DNA from: Bacteroidetes bacterium UBA6661
GTDB taxonomy: Bacteria > Bacteroidota > Bacteroidia > AKYH767-A > OLB10
NCBI GenBank assembly: GCA_002455375.1
Contig: DKKR01000101.1
Span: 54,227 to 112,567 of the forward strand
Length of the DNA: 58,341 bases
Direction of reading: 5' to 3'
Shown here: one piece after another, positions 37,687 through 47,600 of the stretch
Layout: the number at the start of each line of letters is the position of its first letter
Numbering within the stretch: position 1 is the stretch's first letter
The notes under the pieces: generated by a model
What the model saw: only the letters and a program-made list of their open reading frames with translations
The model's database searches: none
Told to the model about the DNA's origin: nothing
Translations under genes and position numbers: made by a program

Positions 37687-38859
37687 TTGAGTCATAGTGC
37701 ATTTCATGGTTTGATAATTGCTTCCGGTATTTGGAGAGCAGTATTAATGACACCGGGCGGTGAACTGCCTTTTAATTTTGAAACAAAAGAAGTTAATGGG
37801 CGCAGTGAGATTTTTATAAATAATGGCGATGAAAATATTGAAGTAAATGAAATCTCTTATGCGAATGATTCTTTAATTATTCAATTACCGGTTTACGATT
37901 CAGAATTCAGAGTTAGCGTTGCAGGTGACAGCATGAAAGGCTATTGGTATAATAATTCAAGAAAGAATTATGCACCAATGCCATTCAAAGCTTTTCTTGG
38001 TGAAAATTATCGTTTTATAAAAAACGCAAAGTCTGAAATAAAACTTCCTGAAAAATGGGAATGGAAATTCAGTCCGGATACCAAAGATTCATCTGAAGCA
38101 GTAGCATTGTTTAAACAAGATGGTACAGATGTGAGAGGAACGCTTTTAACTGAATCGGGCGATTATCGTTTTCTTCATGGAAGCCTCAATAATGACAGTT
38201 TGTTTTTATCTTATTTTGATGGTGCATTTGCATATCTCTTTAAAGCATCTGTAAAAAACAATACAATGAATGGTGTTTTTTATTCAGGACATCACTGGCA
38301 GCAACCCTGGCAAGCAGTGGTTAATGAAAATGCAGAATTACCGGATCCATTTAAGCTCACTTTTCTGAAGAGTGATACTACACCTTTTTCTTTTAGTGCA
38401 TTACGATTGGATAGTACGGTTTTTTCATTTCCCAACAAAGAATTAAAAGGAAGGGTAGTAATTGTCGAAATGATGGGAACCTGGTGTCCGAATTGTATGG
38501 ACGAAACAGCTTTTTTATCTGATTATTATGCCAAAATCAAAAACCAAGACTTAACCATTATCGGCTTGGCATTTGAAAAAACATCAGATTTCAGGAAGTC
38601 TGTAAGTAATGTTAAAAGGGTTAAAGACAGATATCATGTTCAGTACGAAACATTGATTGCCGGTAACAGAGAAGGGGCAGCATCCAAAATGAGTATGCTC
38701 AGTAAAATCAATGGCTATCCTACTACCATTTTTATTGATCGAAAGGGTAAAGTCAGAAAGATCTATACAGGCTTTAATGGTCCGGCCACAGGGGCATTTC
38801 ATGAAAGGACTAAGGATGACTTTATACGCATCATCAATACCTTACTTTCCGAAAAATAG
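37687..38859 (+). CDS. TlpA/redoxin-family thiol-disulfide oxidoreductase with an N-terminal domain of unknown function
   Basis: C-terminal thioredoxin fold with MGTWCPNC (CxxC). TTG start. The frame is closed by TAA at 37678-37680, so no signal peptide is encoded. Confidence 0.7.
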   Translation: MSHSAFHGLIIASGIWRAVLMTPGGELPFNFETKEVNGRSEIFINNGDENIEVNEISYANDSLIIQLPVYDSEFRVSVAGDSMKGYWYNNSRKNYAPMPFKAFLGENYRFIKNAKSEIKLPEKWEWKFSPDTKDSSEAVALFKQDGTDVRGTLLTESGDYRFLHGSLNNDSLFLSYFDGAFAYLFKASVKNNTMNGVFYSGHHWQQPWQAVVNENAELPDPFKLTFLKSDTTPFSFSALRLDSTVFSFPNKELKGRVVIVEMMGTWCPNCMDETAFLSDYYAKIKNQDLTIIGLAFEKTSDFRKSVSNVKRVKDRYHVQYETLIAGNREGAASKMSMLSKINGYPTTIFIDRKGKVRKIYTGFNGPATGAFHERTKDDFIRIINTLLSEK

Positions 38860-38990
38860 CCGTTCACCTATATTTTTCTGTTTTTTGACTACAGATTTTT
38901 TCTGTTAATCAAAAAAAACCCTTATTCATTTCAGAAAAATGGTTAATTTGGGCTACTTTTTTATCACCATAATATTTAAATCAAACTAAT

Positions 38991-41900
38991 ATGAAACGTA
39001 TTTACCTAATACTGGTAGTACTACTGTTTGCCAGTCAAGCCATCTATGCACAGTGTACACTAACCAATGCAACAACATGCTCATGCTTAGGCGGTGGCAC
39101 AAATTGCGATTTATTGCCAGACATTACTGCATCAAAAAAACCATTGACCATACTTGGCTCCAATGGTGTTATAGAGTATTCGCAGTCAGGCAACGGGGCT
39201 AACAATGGACGCCTGAGAATTACAGTATCTACACCAAACATAGGACATGGCCCAATGGAAACACGCTCGTCAAATATTTTTGTTTGCGGCACCGATACTT
39301 TTGTTGGTACTGCACCATCAATTTGTCCTGATAATATTACCTATCCTAAAATTATTATCAACCAAAGAATTTATCATAAGAATGGCAACTCAATGTCATA
39401 TTATGATCGTCCTGCAGGAACTATGACTTATCACCCAACACATGGTCATCAGCACGTTGATAATTGGGGCGTATATACACTGAGAACACCAACGGCAGAT
39501 CCTAATCCTGTAAATTGGCCTATAGTAGGTAATGGTGCAAAACTTGCTTTTTGTTTGCTTGATATAGGTGCTTGTGCATCATCAAACGGAAGTGGATTGT
39601 GTATTGCAGACAATGGAGATACACTTGATACACCTGCAGAGTTTTATGGTAACTATGGTTTAGGTGGTGGAAGTTATGGTTGTTCGGCTACTTTACAAGG
39701 TATTTCTGCAGGTTATTTTGATACTTACAATCAAAGTCTTGATGGAATGTGGATTAACATCCCTCCCGGTACTTGCAATGGTACTTATTACATCGTATGC
39801 CAACAAGATCCGGACAATTATTTTCTTGAAGAGAATGATAACAACAACGTAATGGCAGTGCCATTTACACTGACAAAACAAGGTGGTGTAGTTCCAACCA
39901 TTACTCCAAGTGGACCAACAACATTTTGTGCTGGTGGCAGCGTGACTTTGACGTGCAGCAGTGCAAGCGATTATTTATGGAGCAATGGTGCTACCACACA
40001 AAGTATCACAGTGTCACAAGGTGGAACATATACCTGTACGGTAAATAATACATCAACTTGTGCTACAGCATCTACTCCTATTACAGTAACGGTTAATAGT
40101 TTTCCTGTAACTGCATCTGCCAATTCTGCTAATGTTTGTGCCGGAGATCCTGTACAACTGAATGGCTCAGCAACAAGTTCAGGAACGGTGACTGTTGTTC
40201 AAACTTTTTCTAACAATACAGCTTACCCGATTCCAGATAATAATTCAACAGGCGTTCAATCACCCATAACTGTGAGCGGTATCAATCCAACAGCATTAAG
40301 TTCGGGTGTAGTAGTATCTGTAAATGCAAATATTACACATACTTATGATGGTGACATCGAATTGCGTTTGGTTGCTCCATCAGGACAATATGCAGTACTG
40401 AGTAATCGTAGAGGTGGTAGTGGTGATAATTATACCAATACAACTTTTGCAATGAACGGACCAATGGCTATAACCAGCGGTAGTCCGCCCTATAATGGAA
40501 CATTTATTCCTGAAGGAAACTTCAACAGCCTGACAGGTAATGTTAATGGTGTTTGGAAACTGCATGTAATTGACCGTGCATCGGTTGACGTAGGAACAAT
40601 TCAAAATTGGACATTGAAAATCAATTCACAGGTTCCTACATCAATATCTTATAGCTGGACATCTAATCCTTCAGGATTTAACTCAACAAATCAGAATCCG
40701 ATAGCTAATCCAGCACAAACAACAACATATACAGTTTCTGCAGTTGAAAGTACTACGGGTTGTGCCGGCACAGGTTCAGTGACAGTGAATGTTGCAAATC
40801 CTAATGTTAGTGTTTCAGGAAGCAGTACAATCTGTGCAGGAAATTCAACAACACTTTCTGCCAGTGGAGCTTCAACCTATTCATGGAGTCCTGCAACAGG
40901 ATTAAGTGCTACTACCGGTTCAAGTGTTACAGCATCACCGACACAAACTACTACTTATTCTGTTATCGGTATGTTGAATGGATGTTCAGATACCACACAG
41001 ATTACAGTAACGGTTAATCCTGTACCAACAAATGTAAGTGCACTTGCAAGTCCAGGCTCATTGTGTGTTGGTGATATTTTGCTTTTAAATGGTTTTGGTA
41101 CTGATGTTACTTCTTGGTCATGGACAGGTCCTGATGGCTTCAGTTCTACTCAATCGGCTCCATCAATAATTAATATTCAACCAGTACAGGCCGGGAATTA
41201 TACAGTTACCGGTTCTAATGCCTGCGGCAGTGCCTCAGCACAGGTTATTGTGGATGTTAAACCTACACCTTACGCTTTAGTTAATATAACATACCCTAAT
41301 GGACATTGTGCAGGTAGCTATGCCCTGGTTTGTGCCTCAGATACATCAAACGGAGCTTATGCACCATATACCTATCATTGGGATGACAATCAAACAACAT
41401 CATGTATCAATCAACTGATACTTGCAAATCCGTTGCCATTACATGGTCCGAGTGTAACTATTGTTAATAGTTTTGGGTGTGCATCAACGAATGCAACATT
41501 GTGGAGTTTGCCTTTTGGCCCGGTGGCCGATTCAATACAGAATCCACAAACAATATGTCAGGGAGGCTCTTATGCTATAAACGGAAATATTTATACTGCT
41601 GCTGGAACATACTATGATAACTTTATCAATATATCGGGTTGTGATAGTGTAGTAATTACACAGCTTACAGTTACTCCTTCGCTTAGTATTAATGTTAGTG
41701 GTAACAATACCCTCTGCGAAGGCCAGTCAACAACATTGACTGCAACAGGAGCATCAACTTATTCATGGAGCCCTTCAACAGGTTTAAATACCACTACTGG
41801 TGCAACAGTGAGTGCCTCACCTACAGCAACAACTACTTATGTTGTTACAGGAACAGCAAACGGATGCTCTAACAGTACAACATTTGTATTAAATGTAAAT

Positions 41901-43418
41901 CCAAATCCTGTTATTCAAACAAGTGGCGATGTAGATGTTTGCAGCGGACAGTTTGTAACGTTATCAGCGAGTGGTGCAAGCAATTACTCATGGTCTCCAT
42001 CAACAGCATTAAATACAACAACTGGTACAACGGTTGTTGCTAATCCAACTTCAACGATTACTTACACAGTTATAGGAACCGATAATGGATGTTCTGCTTC
42101 TTCTTCAATTACTGTAAATGTTATTGCACAACCAGTCGTAAATGTTTCTGCCAGCACAACTTCTATCTGTAATGGTCAATCAGCTACATTAACAGCTTCA
42201 GGTGCAGACACCTATACTTGGAGCCCATCAACAGGATTAAATACTACAACAGGAGCAATCGTAATAGCAACACCTGCTACAACAACCACATATATAGTAA
42301 CAGGTTTTGTTGCCGGTGGATGTTTTAGTACAAACACAATAACTATCAATGCTAATACAGGAGGCGCAGCACCTGCTATGCCTGGATTGATAGCAGGTAA
42401 TAAAAAACCTTGTCCAACAGTTAACGAAAACTATTCTGTAGCTCTTGTTGCCAATGCCATTGGATATACATGGACAGTTCCTGCAGGCGTAACTATTGTT
42501 TCAGGACAAGGAACCAACAATATTCAGGTGAGTTTTGGATCAAACTTTTCAAGCGGTAGCGTTTCAGTAGTTGCTAATGGCGCCTGTGGTGTCAGTTCCA
42601 AGAGATCTCTAACCATTACTAAGAATATTCCAGCTACACCATCAACTATTAGTGGTCCTGTAACCGGACTTTGTAATGCAGCAGGAAACTTTACAGCCGC
42701 TACAGTGAGTGGAGCAACTACTTACACATGGTCGGTACCTACAGGGGTTAGCGTTGTGAGTGGACAAGGTACTAAGATTGCCTCTATTAATGTGAGCAGT
42801 AGTTTCAGCAGTGGTAATGTTTGTGTTACTGCAGACAATTCTTGCATGAGCAGTAAACCACGTTGTGTTGCGATTAAGAAGACTCCTTCTGTTCCAACAA
42901 CTTTAACAGGACCAACAACAGTTTGTGCAGGACAACAAAATGTGACTTATAGTACAAATACTGTATTTGGTGCAAACAACTATCAATGGATTGTTCCATC
43001 AGGATCAATAATTACCTCTGGTCAAGGAACCACAAGCATCACAGTTAACTTTGGAACTAACCCTGGCAGTGTTGGTGTTAATGCGTACAATGATTGCGGT
43101 CATGCCGGCAGAAAAGCAGTGCATGTTGCATTTAATTGCCGCTTGGGTGAGATGAGTAGTATTGCTTCTGATATTGAAGTATCACCCAATCCAACTTCAA
43201 CAGGAATAGTGAACCTGAAAGTTAATTCAGAAGTTAATGGTATAGCTTTAATTAAAATGACTGATATTTTAGGTAAGTCTGTTTTAATAAAGAACATTGC
43301 AAATAGTATTGGTACAAACAATCATAAATTAGACTTATCAAAATTCAATAAGGGTATTTATTTGTTAACTGTTGATACCGGTAGTAAAAAACAAACATTA
43401 AAAGTGGTAATACAATAA
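38991..43418 (+). CDS. multidomain T9SS (type-A CTD) secreted protein: lysyl-oxidase-like domain + Ig-like modules + proprotein-convertase P-domain + PKD-like modules
   Basis: Signal peptide. LOX-like blocks HGHQH, AKLAFCLLD, GYFDTY..DGMWINI and NDNNNV (about 39170-39880). P-domain ITHTYDGDIELRLVAPSG..GVWKLHVIDRASVDVGTIQNWTLKI (about 40188-40629). Repeated YSWSPxTGLxTTTG modules. C-terminal SPNPTSTGIV..GIYLLTV..LKVVIQ. Confidence 0.8.
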   Translation: MKRIYLILVVLLFASQAIYAQCTLTNATTCSCLGGGTNCDLLPDITASKKPLTILGSNGVIEYSQSGNGANNGRLRITVSTPNIGHGPMETRSSNIFVCGTDTFVGTAPSICPDNITYPKIIINQRIYHKNGNSMSYYDRPAGTMTYHPTHGHQHVDNWGVYTLRTPTADPNPVNWPIVGNGAKLAFCLLDIGACASSNGSGLCIADNGDTLDTPAEFYGNYGLGGGSYGCSATLQGISAGYFDTYNQSLDGMWINIPPGTCNGTYYIVCQQDPDNYFLEENDNNNVMAVPFTLTKQGGVVPTITPSGPTTFCAGGSVTLTCSSASDYLWSNGATTQSITVSQGGTYTCTVNNTSTCATASTPITVTVNSFPVTASANSANVCAGDPVQLNGSATSSGTVTVVQTFSNNTAYPIPDNNSTGVQSPITVSGINPTALSSGVVVSVNANITHTYDGDIELRLVAPSGQYAVLSNRRGGSGDNYTNTTFAMNGPMAITSGSPPYNGTFIPEGNFNSLTGNVNGVWKLHVIDRASVDVGTIQNWTLKINSQVPTSISYSWTSNPSGFNSTNQNPIANPAQTTTYTVSAVESTTGCAGTGSVTVNVANPNVSVSGSSTICAGNSTTLSASGASTYSWSPATGLSATTGSSVTASPTQTTTYSVIGMLNGCSDTTQITVTVNPVPTNVSALASPGSLCVGDILLLNGFGTDVTSWSWTGPDGFSSTQSAPSIINIQPVQAGNYTVTGSNACGSASAQVIVDVKPTPYALVNITYPNGHCAGSYALVCASDTSNGAYAPYTYHWDDNQTTSCINQLILANPLPLHGPSVTIVNSFGCASTNATLWSLPFGPVADSIQNPQTICQGGSYAINGNIYTAAGTYYDNFINISGCDSVVITQLTVTPSLSINVSGNNTLCEGQSTTLTATGASTYSWSPSTGLNTTTGATVSASPTATTTYVVTGTANGCSNSTTFVLNVNPNPVIQTSGDVDVCSGQFVTLSASGASNYSWSPSTALNTTTGTTVVANPTSTITYTVIGTDNGCSASSSITVNVIAQPVVNVSASTTSICNGQSATLTASGADTYTWSPSTGLNTTTGAIVIATPATTTTYIVTGFVAGGCFSTNTITINANTGGAAPAMPGLIAGNKKPCPTVNENYSVALVANAIGYTWTVPAGVTIVSGQGTNNIQVSFGSNFSSGSVSVVANGACGVSSKRSLTITKNIPATPSTISGPVTGLCNAAGNFTAATVSGATTYTWSVPTGVSVVSGQGTKIASINVSSSFSSGNVCVTADNSCMSSKPRCVAIKKTPSVPTTLTGPTTVCAGQQNVTYSTNTVFGANNYQWIVPSGSIITSGQGTTSITVNFGTNPGSVGVNAYNDCGHAGRKAVHVAFNCRLGEMSSIASDIEVSPNPTSTGIVNLKVNSEVNGIALIKMTDILGKSVLIKNIANSIGTNNHKLDLSKFNKGIYLLTVDTGSKKQTLKVVIQ

Positions 43419-43437
43419 TTTTATCTAAAACCGAAAT

Positions 43438-43468
43438 AAAGCCCTCCTGCGGGAGGGTTTTTATTTTT
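43438..43468 (+). terminator. rho-independent terminator
   Basis: Stem AAAGCCCTCC / GGAGGGTTT with a TGCG loop, followed by TTATTTTT, 20 nt after the stop codon. Confidence 0.8.
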
Positions 43469-43473
43469 AAAGA

Positions 43474-44697
43474 ATGAGAAGATTAATATTTTGTTTTTTG
43501 ATTTTATTTTCTGTGCAAGGGTATGCGCAACAGGTGTTCACTAACTATTCAACAGCAAATTCACCATTGCCTGAAAATTCGGTAAGATGTATTGAAGTTG
43601 ATCATATAGGTAGAAAGTGGATTGGAACCGATTATGGTCTTGCTGTTTTTGATGATGTAAACTGGAATGTTTATTTGCCTTTCACTTCTGGATTGCCAGC
43701 AATGAGTGTGCGTGCTATTGCATTCGATTCACTGAACAATGCTTGGATAGGTACGCTTGGTGGAGGAGTGGCAAAGTTCGATGGGACAAACTGGGTTGTC
43801 TATGATGACACCAACAGTCCAATCACTGAAAATTCAATCAGAGCACTTGCATTTGATTCAGCAGGTGCATTGTGGATTGGAAATCAGGACGGACTTGTAA
43901 AGTTTGACGGAACCAACTGGATAGTTTATTCTGCTGCAAGCAGTATCATTCAAAATACTATTGCATCTATTCATACCTCAAAAAACAGAAAAGTCTATGC
44001 AGGAAGTGTAAATGGCGGATTATTTATACTGCACCAAGACACTATTAAATCAAACCTGAATATTGCAAACGGTTCCGGAATTCCTGATAATACCATATTG
44101 GCATTTGATGAGGATTCAATAGGTAATATCTGGATGGCAACCCCTGCAAATGGAATAGTAGTTTACAGGAACATTGGCGGTTGGTTTTGGTACTATATGG
44201 GCAGTTCATTCATTCAGTCAAATAGTCTTTCAGATATTCAAATCAGCAACGATCATCAGTCTGTTTGGGTAGCTACTGCAGATAGTGGTATTATAAGAAA
44301 AACAGGAACTGTTTATACTTGCTTCAACACGGTCAATACTTCAATGCCCGATAATAATATTCAATGCCTGACAATAGATTCCATGAATAATATATGGATA
44401 GGTACAGCAACACAAGGCGTTGTCAAGTTTCAGGATTTTACGGGAATACGTAATTTTTCTTCTACAAGTGATTTTGAGACATACCCTAATCCTGTTACAG
44501 ACAGAATTAATTTCAAGGTTGAAAATTTACCATTTACAGTTGAAGTAATGGATGCAAGAGGAGCTTTAGTTTTTTCAGAGACTATCAATACAAACGTGGG
44601 CTCTATTGATGTTAGCAGATTTAAAAATGGTATTTATTCTTTGAAAGCTGTTTCAAAAGATAACGTTGCTGTTATCAAACGTTTTTGTAAGCAATAA
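43474..44697 (+). CDS. secreted two-component-regulator-propeller (Reg_prop) repeat protein with a T9SS type-A CTD
   Basis: Signal peptide. Repeats of the type VRAIAFDSLNNAWIGTLGGGVAKFDGTNW. C-terminal YPNPVTDRINFKV..GIYSLKAV. Confidence 0.75.
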   Translation: MRRLIFCFLILFSVQGYAQQVFTNYSTANSPLPENSVRCIEVDHIGRKWIGTDYGLAVFDDVNWNVYLPFTSGLPAMSVRAIAFDSLNNAWIGTLGGGVAKFDGTNWVVYDDTNSPITENSIRALAFDSAGALWIGNQDGLVKFDGTNWIVYSAASSIIQNTIASIHTSKNRKVYAGSVNGGLFILHQDTIKSNLNIANGSGIPDNTILAFDEDSIGNIWMATPANGIVVYRNIGGWFWYYMGSSFIQSNSLSDIQISNDHQSVWVATADSGIIRKTGTVYTCFNTVNTSMPDNNIQCLTIDSMNNIWIGTATQGVVKFQDFTGIRNFSSTSDFETYPNPVTDRINFKVENLPFTVEVMDARGALVFSETINTNVGSIDVSRFKNGIYSLKAVSKDNVAVIKRFCKQ

Positions 44698-44699
44698 TT

Positions 44700-47600
44700 T
44701 TATTCAGCCTCTGAGAGTTCTATTTTAAAAGTAGTACCTTTTCCGTATTCACTTTCAAAAGATATTTTCCCCTGCATATTTTCTACAATACTTTTTACCA
44801 TAGCCAGTCCTAAACCTGTGCCACCACTTTTAGTTGTAAAATTTGGAGTAAATATTTTTTGCTTTGCTTCTTCGGTAATGCCTTTACCGTTATCAGTGAT
44901 ACTAATGTAAAATTGTTTGTGTTCTTTTGTAAGATGAATCGTAATTAATCCCTGTTGGTTTTCCGGGATAGCCTGTACAGCATTTTTAATAAGGTTTCCA
45001 AAAGCTCTTAATGTTTGCTCCCAATCACCATTAACAATAGCTTCAGCATCAATGTTCGATTTGTTAAATTCAAAATCTACATTGCGCACTTCACTGTATA
45101 GGTCAATATTACTTTGAATGGATTTAATAAGGTCAATTTTTTCAAAATTACCTTTTGGCATCTTTGCAAAGTTTGAAAACTCTGTTGCTATCCTTGATAG
45201 TGAATCAATCTGCTCAATCATTGTTCTGGAAACTTTCTCAAAGATATTTTCGAAGTTGCTGTTTTTCTCTTTCCATGCACGTGCAAGATGTTGCATACTT
45301 AACTTCATTGGCGTGAGTGGGTTTTTTATTTCATGGGCAACCTGTTTGGCCATTTCGCGCCAGGCAGTTTCTCTTTCCGACTGCGCTAATGCGTCAGCAC
45401 TTTTTGCCAACTTGTTTACCATCTTGTTGTATTCATTTACTAAAGAGCCAATTTCATCGCCTCCTTCCCATTCAAGCAGGTCGTTGCTACTGTCTAATTT
45501 TACTCTGGCTAATTTTTGCTGAATTAGGTTTAGTGGTTTTACAAGGCGGTTTGAAATAATGAATGTAATGACAATGGCGATACCAAAAAGTAGTACATAA
45601 ATATTGATCAACGTAACCAGGAAACCACTGATTTCTTTTTTTAACTCATTCTGCCTTGCAAAGTATGGGAGGTTAATATATGCAGCTACTTTATTGTCTT
45701 TATTCATGATAGTTTCGTAGGCTGAAGTATATTCAAGTAAACCGATTTTTTCGTCATGAATGAACCCGTTAGCCTGATAATTTTTAAGTTGGTCGAAAGC
45801 GCTCCTGTTCATCAACCTTGAAATAATTTCCTTATCGAATATCTTAGGTTGTGTAGAATAAATTAATCGCCCGTTTTTGTCATAAAGATTAAAATCACTT
45901 GAAAGTGTATTTGAAATTCTTGAAAAGTTTAAAGTAGTTTCTTCTGTCAGGTTAGCCTCTGTTAAATTTTTATCATTGAATTCCGATTCAACAGCAAGCA
46001 TAAGTGTTGACAGCTTTTCTTTAATTCTGACTTTTTGCTCTTCGGAATAACCACGTGAAATATAAAAAATAGAACCACCACCAATTAATAAAATGGCAAT
46101 TACAACTAAGCCAATTACTGAAATTTGAATACGTTTTCTGAAATCAAGATGCAACCTGAAATTGTTGGCCAAGAAAAGCCAAATCATATAGATTAAAATA
46201 AATGTTGCGGAAAAGAAAATAAACACATACGAGAATAAGGTAACTTGTTCAATCGCTTGAGGTGTTTTGTAAGAAATAACAATCAAATTGTTTTTATCCT
46301 GATTATAGAACAAATGAATAAATCCACCTAATGTTACAAACTGATCGGATTTAATAAGTCCGAACATTCTGTCATAGGTTGCAGCAGAGTGAAAATAGTT
46401 GAACTTGCCACTTTGAAAAATCAGTTTGCCATTTTCATATTTTGCGTATGCATATTTTGAAAGATCACGTGATGCAGGCATTTTTTCTGAAAGAAGTAAG
46501 TCTGGAAAGCCTCCTTCTTCCTGATTAAATTTAGAATCGAGTTGAATAATTATTGTGCCAGCAAGTTCACCACCGACATTTTTTGGGTATGTTATTTTCC
46601 CGATATAACCTATTTTTCCCGAGTTGGTACTCAGATAATTAAATGAATGGCTATAGGTTGGTCGTGTCTGAGTATTGATGATGCTATCATAAAAGGTCAC
46701 ATTACGCAATGTATCGGAATTAGCAAACAATGAAACACCTGCAGAGTCAAAAGCTTTGATTTGAATATCGTAGCGTGTCCAGTATGCCTGATTAAATGCA
46801 TTTAATGTGATGCGTTTTTTTATTTTTTCTTCCAGTAGTGGCGTCCTCCCCTGAGTAATGTTTGAGATAATTACGGGATCGGTCTTCAGTTTCTGATCTA
46901 TTTCCTGAAATAAATATTCGGCAATCAAATCTTCTCTGTTTTCAACTTTTGAAACTAACAGACGCATGTTATTTTTTTCACGCACCATATTAAAGCTCGA
47001 AATGGTATATGCTGCATAAACAGAAAAGCCTGCAATGACAAACATGTAGCGTACAAATGAAAAATTTTGCCTACTGGTAAATCGTATGTAACTGATAAAT
47101 AATATGAGCGAGTTGGTCAGAAGAAAAGTTGCTACACCATAATTAATAAAAACTTCGGTGTTGCGAAACAAAATTAATACGACCAGAAAAAGTCCTTGTG
47201 TGATTAAAAACAAAAGAAAATTATAAGGTAAAGAGAAGCCGCTATACTCTGCAAACTTTACTGTTCCTTCGCAGGAAACATAGAAGGAGAATAACAGTAT
47301 GCCGATAATTAAAAATCCAATGAGACTGAAAAATGTCAATTCAAAAACATTATTTACGTTGAAAGAAATTTTTGAGTTGAGAATTAATCCACTTATCAGA
47401 TAATTGATAAATACAGAGAATAGAAAAGTAAACAACAGATTTCCGATTACAACTATTGAAAGTAATGTTGGACTTTGCCTGATGACTCTTATTTTTCTTC
47501 TTCTTAGATGAAGGTAGTTATAAACGAACAGAATAACACAACAAAAAACAGAGGCACTGAGTAAGAAGTCACCTAATGAATTCAGAAAGTATGATGTTGC

